Below are positions 24,376 to 37,813 of a stretch of DNA of 64,000 nt, one piece after another. The notes below the pieces were generated by a model that did not search any database, was not told where the DNA came from, and saw nothing but the letters and a program-made list of their open reading frames with translations. The first letter of the stretch is position 1. Each line of letters starts with the position of its first letter. This stretch comes from Paraspadella gotoi (Eukaryota; Animalia; Chaetognatha), in the NCBI GenBank assembly GCA_051294375.1, contig CM119271.1:10984684-11048683 (forward strand), written 5' to 3'. The position numbers and the translations under genes are program-made.

Positions 24376-26581
24376 AGATGAGAGAGAGAAGAGACGAGAC
24401 CCTTGCACGGAAAATCATTGGTAATCATTTTCGTGGTAGTCTTTCATGTTTTTGGAGTTATTCTTTGACATAAGCTCTTCTACTGGGTCTCCTGTACTCG
24501 AACCTTTGCAGCTTGTCTGTATTTCGCCAGCATGCAACAGTAACCCTTAACTCTTTCCCCGTTGCTCGCACTCTCGCCCCGACACTGCACTGCTCCATTT
24601 TCCGCCTGCCCTTGCACCTCGGTCCCGCACCTATTTACACACCGCACCGTACCTTGGTTTCCGTACAATTTCACAACAACAATTTTAAAAAACATCTTTT
24701 TAAAGCTCGCACTGCATTGAGTCCAGCCTACACTTAACGCTCGCATGCACTGGGTCCCCGCACCTTTTCCACGCCCGCACCGCACATGGGCCCGCACCAT
24801 TCACGCCCCCGCACTGCACCTCGTTCTCACCTTTTTTTTCACTTCGCGCATTTCTGAATAATATTTTTTTTTCAGCTCGAATTTTTTTTTTCTTTTGTTC
24901 TCTTCGCGTTTGTTTTTTTGCGGCGGAAGATTGGAAGAAGGAGAAGGGAGGCAGAAGGGAGCAGAAGGGAAGGGAGGCAGGGAGGAAGGGGGGAAGGAGA
25001 GGAGGTGGCTTAAAGGTGGGAGGAGTTTAGAGAAGAGCAGGTTGGGGGGCGTTGGTAGGTTTAGTATGCGCGTTGGAAGACAAATTCGTGCGGACATCGA
25101 AAGGATCGAGATGAAGAACAACAACAACATCCCAGTTGCGACGGTCGGGGTCGGTCATGGTATGTCTGTGCCGTCGGCCTATCCACTTACGTTAAAATGC
25201 CTATAATATTGCCTATATGTTGGTTTGTTTCTTTGTTAAGACAGAACAAATCCATCAAATCTGGTGAGAAAGAGGTGGAACTCTAGTCGGAATGAACCGA
25301 AAGGAGAAACAAAAAAAAAGGTGACAGAAGGAAGGAACCGAGTTTATGGAACCAGACAAAAAGGAAACCATCGGTCCAGACCGATTTTTTCGCCCCCTTT
25401 TTCTCAGATTTTGATTTTTTCCATATTTTTTTTTCTGGGGGCAGAAGGAAGGAAAAGAGGAAGAGGAGGAGGAGGAGAGGAAGCAGGAGAGGAGGAAGGA
25501 GGAGAAGAGGAGGAGCAGAAGGAGGAGGAGGTGACAGAGAAAAAGGAAGGAGAGATAGGGAAGAACAGATGAAGGTGAAGGAGGAGCAGAAGGAGGAAGA
25601 GGAGAGGAGGAGAGGAGGAGGGGAGGCGAAGAGCAGGAGAGAGTAAGAGGAGGTGAAAAAAAGCATAAAGGAAGAGGAGTAAGAGGAAAAGGAGGAAGAA
25701 AGAGGAGGAGAAAGAGGAAGGGAGGAAGAAGAGAGTAGGAGTAAGAGGAAAAGAGGAGGAGGAGAAGTAAGAGGAGGTTGAAGAGGAGCAAAAAGGAGGA
25801 GAGGAAGAGGAAAAAAGAGGAGTAAAAAAAGGTCGCGCATGCGAATGATTCCTCCCTTTGGTTTCCTTAGTTTTTTTTCTTTTTTCCCTTTTTTTTTATT
25901 TTTTTTTTATTTTTCTATTTTAATTTTTTTTCTTTTTTTTACGTTCACAATTTCCCCTTTTTACTGTTGCCTCGAAGTTTGAAATGCTTTTGACTACGAA
26001 GCTTTGTTTTGTTGTTTTATACTTTTTTGTTTACGTAACTTTTTAAGATTATTTTCTGTACGTAATGTTATTTCGTGCCACTTGAATTAGAAATTACTTT
26101 CTTTCTTTCGAACGTGACTTTTTCTTTCTTTTTTTTTGGCCTTCTTCACTTGTTCATCAGTCATACTCATTCATTCATTCATTTCTTCATCTTTTATTCA
26201 TTCTTTTTTAATTCATCTTTATTCATTCATTCATTTTTTTTTTCATTTTTTCAATCATTTCTTCATTCCATCTTTTGATTATTTTTTTATTCATCATTTC
26301 TTCATTCCCTCATTACATTTCTTTATTCATTCCATATTTTCTCTCTCCTTCTCTCTCTCTCTCCCCACCTCTCTCTTTCTCTCTCGCCGCCTCTCTCTCT
26401 CTCCGCCCCCCCCCCCGCCGCCTCTCTTCATACTCAAGCGCGCCACGCATTTTCCGCCATCCTAACTCCCCTCTCCCTCTCTCTCTCACTCTTTGCTTCC
26501 CCCGCTCCCCTCTCTCTCTCCTTCTCTCTCTCTTTCTCCCCGCCTCTCCTCTCTCTCTCTCTCTCTCTCTTCTCTAGTCTC

Positions 26582-26613
<32 letters not shown>

Positions 26614-27335
26614 CCCCGCTCTCCTCTCTCTTTCCTCTCCCCGCCATCTCTTTCTCTCCCCCCTGCCTCTCATCTCTATCTCTCTCTTCTCTCTCTCTCT
26701 CTCTCTCTCTTTTCCCCGCTTCCTACTCGCCCTCCCCTCTCCTCTCTTCAACTCTTTCTTCCCCGCTTCCCCCTTCCCTCTCTCCTTTCTCTCTCTCTTT
26801 CTTCCCCCCGCCTCTCCTCCTCTCTCTCTCTTCTCTCTCTCTCTCCCCGCCACTCCTCTCTCTTTCTTCTCTCCCCGGCCTCTCTTTCTCTCCCGCCCTG
26901 CCTCTTCTCCTATCTCTCTTCTCTCTCCTCTCTCTCTCTCTCTTTTCCCGCCTCCCCCTCCCTCTCTCTCTCTCTATCTCTCTCTCTCGGACATGTCTCT
27001 CTCTCTCTCCTCTCTCTCTCTCTTCTCTCTTCTCTCTCCCTCTCCCTCTCCACCTCTCCCATCGTCTTTCTCGAAGCAAAGCGCGCGGGANNNNNNNNNN
27101 NNNNNNNNNNNNNNNAAATTTCGGCGCCGACGGGTCTCGTCCTTCGAGATTGAACGCGGACAAAGACCCGATGATGCTGACAAGTTGCGACAGATGCCGA
27201 CAAATGCCGACAAATGCCGACTGGTAGCGATTTGAAGGAGAAAGTTAAAAATATAATGGGTATCACCTAGAAAGGAGGCTTTTGTTATTAAGATCTATAC
27301 TTAGCCGGCGATGTTTATCGGACGGCTAAAGGAAC

Positions 27336-27338
<3 letters not shown>

Positions 27339-27403
<65 letters not shown>
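27339..27403. repeat. (CAAT)n microsatellite
   Basis: About 16 perfect units. Confidence 0.95.
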
Positions 27404-27404
<1 letters not shown>

Positions 27405-27624
27405 GAGAGAGAAAGAGAGACTGTGAGATGAGGGAGAGATAGTTTTTATTTCCCAGATGACAGACAGACAACAATAAAAACAAAAAACAACATCGACGAA
27501 AACTACAACGACAACAACAACAACAACAACAGCCTTCGACGATGTTGACTCTTTCTTACGACGTCGATACGAATTTGGATGACGACCACAACATCAGCCT
27601 CGATTTCCTCTCTTTCTCTGCTCA

Positions 27625-27846
27625 TGATGGAGAAGACTTTATTGGTGTTGGAGAAGACGTGAGTGGTGATGGAGATGACGTTAATTGTGATGGAGAACAC
27701 GTTGTTGGTGATTGCGAATTTGTTGATGGTGAGTGGACGTTATTATATTATGATGGAGAAGACTCTGTTATTGATGGAGAAGACGTTTATATGATGAAGA
27801 AGACGTTGACGATGATAAAAAAAGTGATGGAGAAAATTTTGATGGT
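27625..27846. repeat. Degenerate 21-bp minisatellite (GATGGAGAAGACGTTGTTGGT-like)
   Basis: About 10 units; explains the DGEDxxx periodicity of ORF 27542-27889. Confidence 0.75.
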
Positions 27847-27978
27847 TAATGCTCTGACTGTCTGTCCGTCCCTCCGTTTGTTTCTCTAACCGTCATTCAA
27901 TAGTGATCCCATAACAGCTGTTTGGGACTAACTGCCCTTTGTATTTCCCTCAATCTCAGAGTCCGACTTTTATCGATA

Positions 27979-28015
<37 letters not shown>

Positions 28016-28232
28016 NNNNNNNNNNNNNNNNNNNNNNNNNCTCTCTTCTCTCTCTTCTCTCTCTCTCTCTTCGTCCAGCATCAGATGTTATTTGATGATC
28101 TTTGGATTAAAGAGGCTTCGAAATAGAAAAACGATTTCCTTCGGCGAGTTTGTTTAAGATCAACTTCCGCCCGCCTATCACTCCCCACCCCCACCCCTCT
28201 CGATCGCACCGCCACCGCCTCCTACCCACACT

Positions 28233-29264
28233 TAGAGCGTTCAAGATAACACAAATATAAGATATTTAATTCTTCATTGCATTATGTTTTAATGTATAAG
28301 GTCTGAAGAATTCGATGATGATAACCATTTTTGGTTATTAGTTTCATCTTCCCTTGTCGCCAATTGGGCGATTTTTTGATAGCGCATATAAGGTGCTATT
28401 AAAATGGCGTAATCCATGTAGAGTATTGAGAAACCTAAAATTATTAAATAATTTTATAAAAGTATATTTAGCTTAGTATATATAAAAATAAGACATAAAA
28501 ATATTTCTGGTAAGTCTTATTTTACTAAATTTTTATATTTTGATTACAGCTTGGTTAGCTATATTTATGATAATTAGTATGTTAAAATAAGCTAAAGTGA
28601 AAAATAAATTATTTGAATTTTTAAAAAGCCAGATTTGACATTCCTTGCAAAAAGTTGATATAAGAAAGTAAAATCATTTTAACAAATTCCCTTTCATTAA
28701 TTTGTTAAAAAATGCTTAAAAACTATGGATTTTTTGATTGTATTTAACCAGTTTTTGGTTTAAAATTATTCTTTTTTTAAATTTTGACTAAACTTAATAT
28801 GCCATAATTTTTTAATTAAAATATATATTTCTTTATATCAACTTTTGCAGGAATTGCGATATCTGGGATAAAAAATTCTTAAATTTTATTTTTTTAACTT
28901 TGGCCTAATTTTTTATTTATAATTATTTAATAAATATGCTAAACTTACTTTAATAAAACATTAAAATTTGAGGAAATAATTTATCAAAATATTTTTATTA
29001 GCGTCTTATTTTATATTTTAAAAGCTCATGTAAATTTTAAAAAACAAATTAATTAATTTGATTTATCATAACTTATATATTTGCCATATTTTATTAACAT
29101 TTTATATACATTAAAAATCGGTTCATTTCCGACGAAAGAAGATGAAATTTATACAAAAAAATGGTCATCACCATCGAATTCTTCAGACCTGTATGTACAG
29201 GTTAAAATAATATAGAATGAGAATTTAATATCTTGTAATATTTTGTTTATATTTGAACGCTCTA
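28233..29264. mobile_element. Non-autonomous hAT-type foldback/MITE, ~1.03 kb, copy 1
   Basis: TIRs TAGAGCGTTCAA.../...TTGAACGCTCTA; inverted similarity continues hundreds of bp inward; flanked by ACCCACAC at 28224-28231 (plus one extra T) and 29265-29272. Confidence 0.85.
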
Positions 29265-32200
29265 ACCCACACGTTTGCCCACGCTACACCCGTCACCGAG
29301 GCCAAACCTGACCGCTGTCAACCCTACAGTATACATACATTGTATGGCATACCGCTATGGCATTACAGTCACCCACCACGCAGCGAAAAACTATTTCTTA
29401 GTCTTAGGTTTTTGAAATTTCCCAAAGAATTTTGGGAAATAATATATATATGTTATTTCATATACCCGTATGCTATAGTGTGAACGAGCCGCGTTAGCAA
29501 ATAGTTTGCGATATGGCCGGCGAACGCGCCAAGTGGGCATTGTGCGTTAACGTAGGACACTGCTCAAGATTTTTTAATTTCTGGATATATAATCGCTTTA
29601 ATGATTATAAATTATAAATTACCCCACAAACATTTACTTTTTCAAGCAAACCAAACTGCGGCACTATTTTCTTAAAAAGCGCCCAATTTTTGTTCTAGCC
29701 CTGAACATACATTATTTTAACTCTAATAACTAAATCATAATGTTTTAAATTTGGAATGTAGTTAAAGGTATTGAGTTAATGATTAGGTCGGGGTAAGGTT
29801 AGTGATTAAGGTTAATAGATTAAGCTCGTAAGTGTTTGAAAAGTCAGAAAAGTTTATAAAAAATTGTTAATAGACTAATAGTTTTAATGTTTTTTTACTT
29901 TTTATTTTTTGGGGAAAGAAATTTGGAAACAGACGAACCGAAAAACTTTTTTTCTTCTCGTTTCGCATTTCTAAAAAAAAAAGAGAAGATTTTGCACTCG
30001 CGCGCGATCGCGCGTAGTCGCGCGCATCGCAGAGAATCCCGTCTCCTTTGCCTCTCTTCTCTCGTCGTGTCGCCTCTCTTTTCTTTTTCTTTTTATTTTA
30101 TTGCTCCTCTCCTCCGTGGACCCTGAGAGAATGAGGGAAATTGGTTTTTGAAAAAAGTCTCCTCTTCCTCTTCCCCCTCCCTTACTTACCCCATAACCCT
30201 TTTATCCCCTCCACCGCCCGCCCCGTTTATGTGGCCCATCCCTTCGGCCCAGTCTAGTGCTCTCTCTCTCTTTCTCTCTCTCCTCTGCTTTGATTATTCT
30301 CTTTTCCCTACACTCACGATTCATATTTTCCTACTTTCGAGTAACTTTATTACTTTTTCTATAATTATAACATTTTTTTTTAAATATAAGTCATTTTTTT
30401 TACTAAATTCCCTTTTTTGATTTTCGTTTTTTTTTTCAATTTTTTGTTTTGATTTGTTCGTTGTTTATTTTAAGGGGTGTTGACGTTTGGCGCTACTTAA
30501 AACGACACACTTTAATTGATTTTTCCCCAGTAGCGAATCACGACAGAGTAAACACTAAACTATTTATAAAAAAATAAAACTTGTCTTTTTTTGTTTGTGT
30601 AAATGTTAAAGTTTCATTTTTATTAACTTTTCCTTCATATTGAAAAAAAAGTTATCATATTGTCCAATGCTAAAATGACTTAATAAAAAAACGCACCGGG
30701 TATTAATCATCAATGGAGCGTAATACACATTGAACGACTAACTATAGTCTTTAATTCTAGGAATTCGATTAAAAAAAAAAATGGGAGCAACAAAATAATA
30801 AGCATGAAATTATACGACATTTAATAAAGTGGTAAAAAATAAAAATAATAAAATTAAAAAAGACTTCAGAAAATGTTGCTGTTGGCATGTCTATTTAAAG
30901 AACCGAATTTTAATTCAATCACTCTCGGTTTTCTCTTTGACCAAAAAGTCAAATAAAGAGTTTTTTTTTCCTTTTCAGACCTTAAAAAAGTGAAATAAAA
31001 GGGTCTTTCTGGCTTGACACCATAATTCGTTAGGATCCGCCATAAATTCATATGGAGAGCGGAGTTGGATTTATTCATAAAGTGAGACGGAGAGTGAGAT
31101 GAGAGAGAGAAGAGATTCTTCCTTTTGGCCTTCCTCTCAATAAATATTTAATAGTCGCGTTTATCTCTATTTCTCGCGTCTCTCTTTCATGATAAAGAAA
31201 AATATGTTGATTTTTTGTTTGTTTCGTCTTTTCTCGATCTGTTTCTTTTATTTTCGACTTTTTAACTTTGGAGCGCTTCGTTCCTGTTTTTTCTCAATGA
31301 CGCGTTTCTTCCAAAGAGAGAGAACGCTGTTTCTAGGAGTTGTTTTCTTGCGCGTTTTAAATTTGGAGAAAGTATTATGAAAACTGCTATTATAATTACA
31401 AATAGAAAAAATCAATTAAAAATAAATTAACAAATTAAAATAATAATAAAAAACATCAAAGAAAATCCCAAAGCTTGTTGTCCTCAAATTTAATTTTCAT
31501 TTGTAAGTATTTTTGGGAAAAAAGTTTTACCAATTTTAAGAAATGTATTCACAATGTTTCAAAAACTTCTTAAATCATATTGTTTGCTTTGCCTCTGCTT
31601 CAAGACTTATTTTACAAGAATTTCGACGATTCGAGGTGTCAAAAGTGTTTATTTATCGATAGTTTAAAACAGTACGAGGTTGTAAAAGCGATTTCAAATG
31701 TTGTAAACAATCCAAATAAACAATAAAATTTCGGTTAAAATGTAAAACCGTTTCGACGGTCGTTAATCCTTCGAGGGCAACCAAGAATTTAACAAAAATA
31801 TCATCAAACGTTATCTAATAAAGCCAGATTGCCTCGGCCAACCCTTTTTCCCTTTCTTCAATTATCGTTGTCGCGATTCCCGATCAGCGAATTTAGGAAA
31901 CTGAACCAAAGATATATTTTATTTCCCATCGTCGGGACGTTGAGCGTTTCCCCCTCGGCGAACGCTCGCCACCCGCCGATACATCATTTTTCAACTATCT
32001 TCAATCAAAAATTTTATCCTCTTTCTGTCAAATGTTCTTTATATTTCAGGAAAAAAATATTTTCTTATTTCTATGAATTATTTTCTCTTTCTTCTACAAA
32101 CCTTTTTTGTCAAATATTTTTTTCTCGTCCACTCGATACGCGGAACAAGTTTTCTTTTCCTTTTTCGCTTTCGTCGCTTTTTCGTTCCTTCTGTATTTAA

Positions 32201-32422
32201 CTTTTCTCATTTCTATTTTTCTCTCTTTTCTTTCCGACTCTTTGTATTTGTTGTTTTCTGTTCCTCTTCTTTTATGTCAGTTTTCTTCTTGTTTCTGTTG
32301 TTTTTTCCCCTTTTTATTCTCCAGTTTTTTTAGTTTTCTGTTTTATTGTTCTGACTTTCTTTGTCTTTTGCCTGCCGGATTCACATCATATTCCTCCACG
32401 ATTCTCACTTTCTCGTTCTTTA

Positions 32423-32496
<74 letters not shown>

Positions 32497-34379
32497 ACGG
32501 ATTCCTTCGTTCGTGTTGGATTTTTATCCTTTCCTATTTTCTCTTCTCATTCCTTTCTCTTTCCTTCCGGACACTTTCCTTCTCTCTCTCTCTCTCTCTC
32601 TATTCCCACTTGCGTCAAATTCCTTCTCCATCTCCCTCCACCTCCCCTTTATCCACCCCCTTCCATCCGCCCGACTCCCCTCTTCATCACCCCCCCCGCC
32701 CCCCCTTCCTACCCCTATGCGCACGCCTGACCCATTAAATCCCGATCGCCTAAGGCGACATTCGAGCCTAGGCAGACAGATGGCGAAAAAGACAGACTCA
32801 AATACCCAATTTCTTTACTATCTTTTCTCTATCTCTGCTCTCTCTCTCTCTGCCCTCGTTTTGCGCTTTGCGTTTCGTCTCTCTCTCTCTTCTCCATCTC
32901 TCTCTCTCTCTCTCTCGCTCTCTCTCTCTCTCCTCTGCTCTCGTCTCTCTCTCTTCTCTCTCTCCGGTGATTTTTGCTGTTTGTCGCCGGCGTTTCGGTT
33001 CTCTCTTTCTCCCGTCATCTCTCTTCATTCTCTCCTCTCTTTCTCTCTACTCTCTCTTCCTCGTCTCTCTCTCTAACCGACTTTTAACTTGGTCCTTTTT
33101 TTCGCTTCCGCATCAAACCTTTTTTCTTTCTTTGTCTCCAGTCGCACAGCCACTTTTGCCAGTTCTCCAACCTTTTTTGTATCCTATTCTTCTTTTGCCA
33201 GCTCCTTTCTGACTTCGCCGTTCCGATCCCGCCCTTTGCCAGTCCCCTTCTTTTGTTTTGCAGTATCCCATCTTTCTTTTGCCACTTTCCATCTGTCAGT
33301 TGCCAACGCTTTTCTTTGCCCAGTTCCCTCTTCTCTCTTCCGCAGTCCCCGACGCTCTTTTAAACCCTTCCCATTATCCCTTTCTAAAAAAAACGGTTGA
33401 GTCTTCGGTCGACTACGAATGGGGAAACAAGGTTATGTTTTTTCTTGTTTTTTTTACAAGAAAAAAGAAAAGAAAGAGTCCTAAAAAGTGAGTCTAAAAA
33501 TTACCTTAAGTTACTAATACGATTATAATTAAGGTTCTTATATATTGTTTGTCATAACATCGTTTAAACTTACTTTCTCTAAATTGTTCTCATTAAATTT
33601 ATATTTATTTTTGATGCCAACCTATTGCAGTTGTTACAATTATTGTTTTTTTTTCATTCGACAACTTTATAATATTATATATAGTATGTTACCGCTAAAC
33701 TTTTCTCAGCTTCAAGGTCTGCTTAGTGTTTCCGTGCCTCTCTTAAAAGATACTTTAGAAGTGCAGATGTTTACAAGTTCAAAATGGAGAAAATTAAAAG
33801 TTTTAAAGTTAAACTTTCTAAACGGCCAAATGACAGTATATTTTAGCCTGTGATTCTCAAAGTTCACTGTTAATCGAAAGATTGCCAAACGGAGTCGAAA
33901 AAACTTAAGGTCCTCACCCAAGAGTAAGCGACGGTCCCCTCGCTTTAAACAGCTTTCTCCCTTCTGGCTCTCTCTCCGACTATGAAATAAAAATTCTTTT
34001 CGGAAAAAAAAGTGTGATAACTTTCTTAAATCTCTGAAAATAGAATTACCTTTCGAAAACTTACACGAGCTCACTCTCTGTTCTGACAATCGAAGCGCAG
34101 CTCAAAAGTGGCCATCAAAAACAACCAAATCAACAGATCAGAAAAAAAAAAATCAAAAACGTCGAGAGCAAACCCGCGGCTTTCCGAAGCTGATACAAAA
34201 TTCATGGCATAAAACGATTCACGCTTGCCAATCAAACCAATCAACTCTATTTCGCCAATCACGACCAATCGAACCAATCACTTAATAGACTTATCATCCT
34301 TCGCTCGTTGAAACGCGAATAAATGTTCCTTTTCCCCTTTGGCTCAAAAGATTCTTTTTTATTTACCCCGCTCCTATCT

Positions 34380-34446
<67 letters not shown>

Positions 34447-34538
34447 CTCTCTCTCTGCCTCTCATTTTCTCCGTCTATTTTCCCTTTCGTGCTCTCTCTC
34501 TCTTTTTCCTGGCTTCCCTTCACACTCTTTCTCTTTCG

Positions 34539-34579
<41 letters not shown>

Positions 34580-35013
34580 CTCTACATCTGCTCTCTCTGC
34601 TCTTCCTCTTCTTGTTTCTCGCCACAGTCTGCCCTTACGGTTTTTCCCCTTTCTCTTTCTCTTTTGCTTTAGCTTTTTCCCTTTTTTTCTTTCAAAAAAA
34701 AAAAATTCTTTTATTCTCCACCGCGCCCCTATCGGTTCCCACCGCGCCAGCCTTACCCGTGCCAAGGCAATCACACACACACACGCCCACATGTCTCCCC
34801 ACCCTTACCCTCCTCCCTCCTCTCTCTACCTTTCCTCCTCAGACCCCCATCTCCTCTGTCCAGCATCAGATGTATTTGATGTCTTTGGATATAAGAGGCT
34901 TCGAAATAGAAAAACGATTTCCTCGGCGAGTTTCGTTTATGATCAACTTCCGGCCCGCCTATCACTCCCCACCCCACCCCTTCTCGATCGCACCCCACCG
35001 CTCCTACCCACAC

Positions 35014-36041
35014 TAGAGCGTTCAAGCATAACAAAAATAAGATATTTAATTTTCATTCAATTATGTTTTAATGTAATTAAGGTCTGAAGAATTGATGATG
35101 ATAACCATTTTTGGTATAGTTTCATCTTCCTTGTCGCCAATGGGCGATTTTTGAAGCGCATATAAGGTGCTATTAAAATGGCAGTATCCATTGTAGAGTA
35201 ATTGAGACAACCTAAAATTATTAAAATTTTATAAAATGTCATATTTAGCTTATATAATATCAAAAATAAAAGACCATGAAAATATTTCAGTAAGCTTTAA
35301 TTTATTAAATTTTATATTTTATTTACAGCTTGGTTAGCTATATTTTATGAAATAATTAGTAGTTAAAAATAGGTGTAAAGTGAAAAAAATAAATATTTTT
35401 GAATTTTAAAAAGCCAGATTTGAATTCCTTGCAAAAAAGTTGATATAAGAAAGTAAAATCTTATTTAACAAATTCCTTTCATTAATTTGGGTTAAAAAAT
35501 GCTTAAAAACTATGGATTTTTTGTTTAATTTTAACATTTGGTTTAAAATTATTCTTTTTTTAAATTTTTGACTAACCTTAAATTGCCATAATTTTTTAAT
35601 ATAAAATTATATTTCTTATATTCAACTTTTTGCAAGGAATTGCGCATTCTGGATAAAAAATTCTTAAATATTATTTTTTTAACTTTGGCCTAATTTTTTA
35701 TTTATAAATTATTTAATAAATATAGCTAAACTTACTTTTAATAAAACATTAAAATTGCAGGAAATAATTTATCAAAATATTATTTATAGTCTTTATTTTA
35801 TATTTTAAAAGGCTCATGTAAATTTAAAAACAAATTAAATTAATTTATTATCATAACTTATAATATTGCCATATTTTTATTAACATTTGTATATACATTA
35901 AAAATCGTCAATTTTCCGACAAGAAGATGAAATTTATACAAAAAATGGTCATCACCATCGAATTCTTCAGACCTTATTACAGCGTTAAAATAATTAGAAT
36001 AGAATTTAATATCTTATATTTTGTTATATTTGAACGCTCTA
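35014..36041. mobile_element. Non-autonomous hAT-type foldback/MITE, copy 2 (same insertion, duplicated segment)
   Basis: Exact 8-bp TSD ACCCACAC at 35006-35013 and 36042-36049; TAGAG terminus fits the hAT (T/C)A(A/G)NG consensus. Confidence 0.88.
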
Positions 36042-36992
36042 ACCCACACGTTTGCCCACGTACACCCGTCACCGAGGCCAAACCTGATCCGCTGTCAACC
36101 CTACAGTATACCATACATTGTATGGCATACCGTATGGCATACAGTCACCCACCACCGAGCAAAAAACTATTTCTTAGTCTAGCGTTTTGAAATTTTCCAA
36201 AGAATTGGGAAATAATATATATATATGTTTTCATACCCGTATGTATAGGTGACGAGCCCGGTTAGCAATAGTTGCGATTGGCCGGCGAACGCGCCAGTGG
36301 CATTGTGCGTTAACGTAAGACAACGCTCAAGATTTTTTAATTTCTGATATATAATCGCTTTAATGATTATAAATTATAAATTACACAAACATTTACTTTT
36401 TCAAGCAAACCAAACTGGGCACTATTTTCTAAAAAGCGCCCAATTTCTGTTTCTAAGCCCTGAACATAATTTTAACTCTAATAACTAATCATAATGTTTT
36501 TAAATTTTGGAATTAAGTTAAAGGTATTGAGTTAATGATTAGGTCGGGGTAAGGTTAGTGATTAAGGTTAATAGATTAAGTTCGTTAAGTTTGAAAAGTC
36601 AGAAAAGTTATAAAAAATTGTTAATAGACTAATAGTTTAATTTTTTTTACTTTTATTTTTGGGGAAAGAATTTGGAAACAACGAACCGAAAAAACTTTTT
36701 TTCTTCTCGTTCGCATTTTTGAAAAAAAAAGAAGAAGATTTTGCACTCGCGCGCATCCGCGCGTAGTCGCGCGCATCCAAGAGAATCCCGTCTCCCTTCC
36801 TCTCTCTCTCTCGTGTCGCCTCTTCTTCTTTTTCTTTTATTTTATTGCTCCTCTCTCCCGTTGACCCTGAAATGAGGAAATTGGTTTTTGAAAAAGTCTC
36901 CTCTTCCTCTTCCCCCTCCCCTTACCCCATAACCCTTTTATCCTCCTCACCGCCGCCCCTTTATGTGCCCATTCCCTTCGGCCCGTTCCTAG

Positions 36993-37023
<31 letters not shown>

Positions 37024-37777
37024 TTGATTATCTCTTTTTCCCTACACTCACGATCATATTTCCTACTTTCGAGTAACTTTATTACTTTTTTCTATACATT
37101 ATAAACATTTTTTTTTAAATATAAGTCATTTTTTTTACTTAAATTCCTTTTTGATTTTCGTTTTTTTTTTCAATTTTTGTTTTGATTTGTTCGTTTGTTT
37201 ATTTTAAGGGTGGTTTGACGTTTGGGCTACTTAAAACGACACTTTAATTGATTTTTCCCCAGAGCGAATCACGACAGAGTAAACACTAAACTATTTATAA
37301 AAAAAAAACTTGTCTTTTTTTGTTTGTTAAATGTTAAGTTTCATTTTTTTAAACTTTTCCTCATTTGAAAAAAAATTATCATATTGTCCAATGCTAAAAT
37401 TGACTTAATAAAAAACGCACGGTATAATCATCAATGAGCGTAATACAACATGAACGACATAACATATTTTAATTCAGGAATTCGATTAAAAAAAAAATGG
37501 AGCAACAAAATAATTAAGATGAAATTATACGACATTTAATAAGGTAAAAATAAAATAATAAAATAAAAAGACTTCAGAAAATGTGCTTTGGCATGTCTAT
37601 TTAAAAGAACCGAATTTTAATCAACACTCTCGTTTTCTCTTTGACAAAAAGTCAAAAAGAAAGTTTTTTTTTTCCTTTTCAGACTTAAAAAGTGAAAAAA
37701 GGTCTTTCTGGCTTGACACCATAATCGTTAGGATCCGCCATAAAGTTATGGAGAGGGAGTGGAGATTCATAAAGTGA

Positions 37778-37813
<36 letters not shown>

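Larger units (their letters stand above)
20809..27090. repeat. ~6.3-kb fold-back (inverted duplication) centred near 24420, probable read/assembly artefact
   Basis: 20809 TCCCGCCGCGCTTTGCTTCGAGAAAG is inverted at 27065-27090; 24251 GTAGAAGAGCTTATGTCAAAGAATAACTC is inverted at ~24456-24484; the arms match throughout with indel noise; bounded by N-gaps. Confidence 0.92.
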
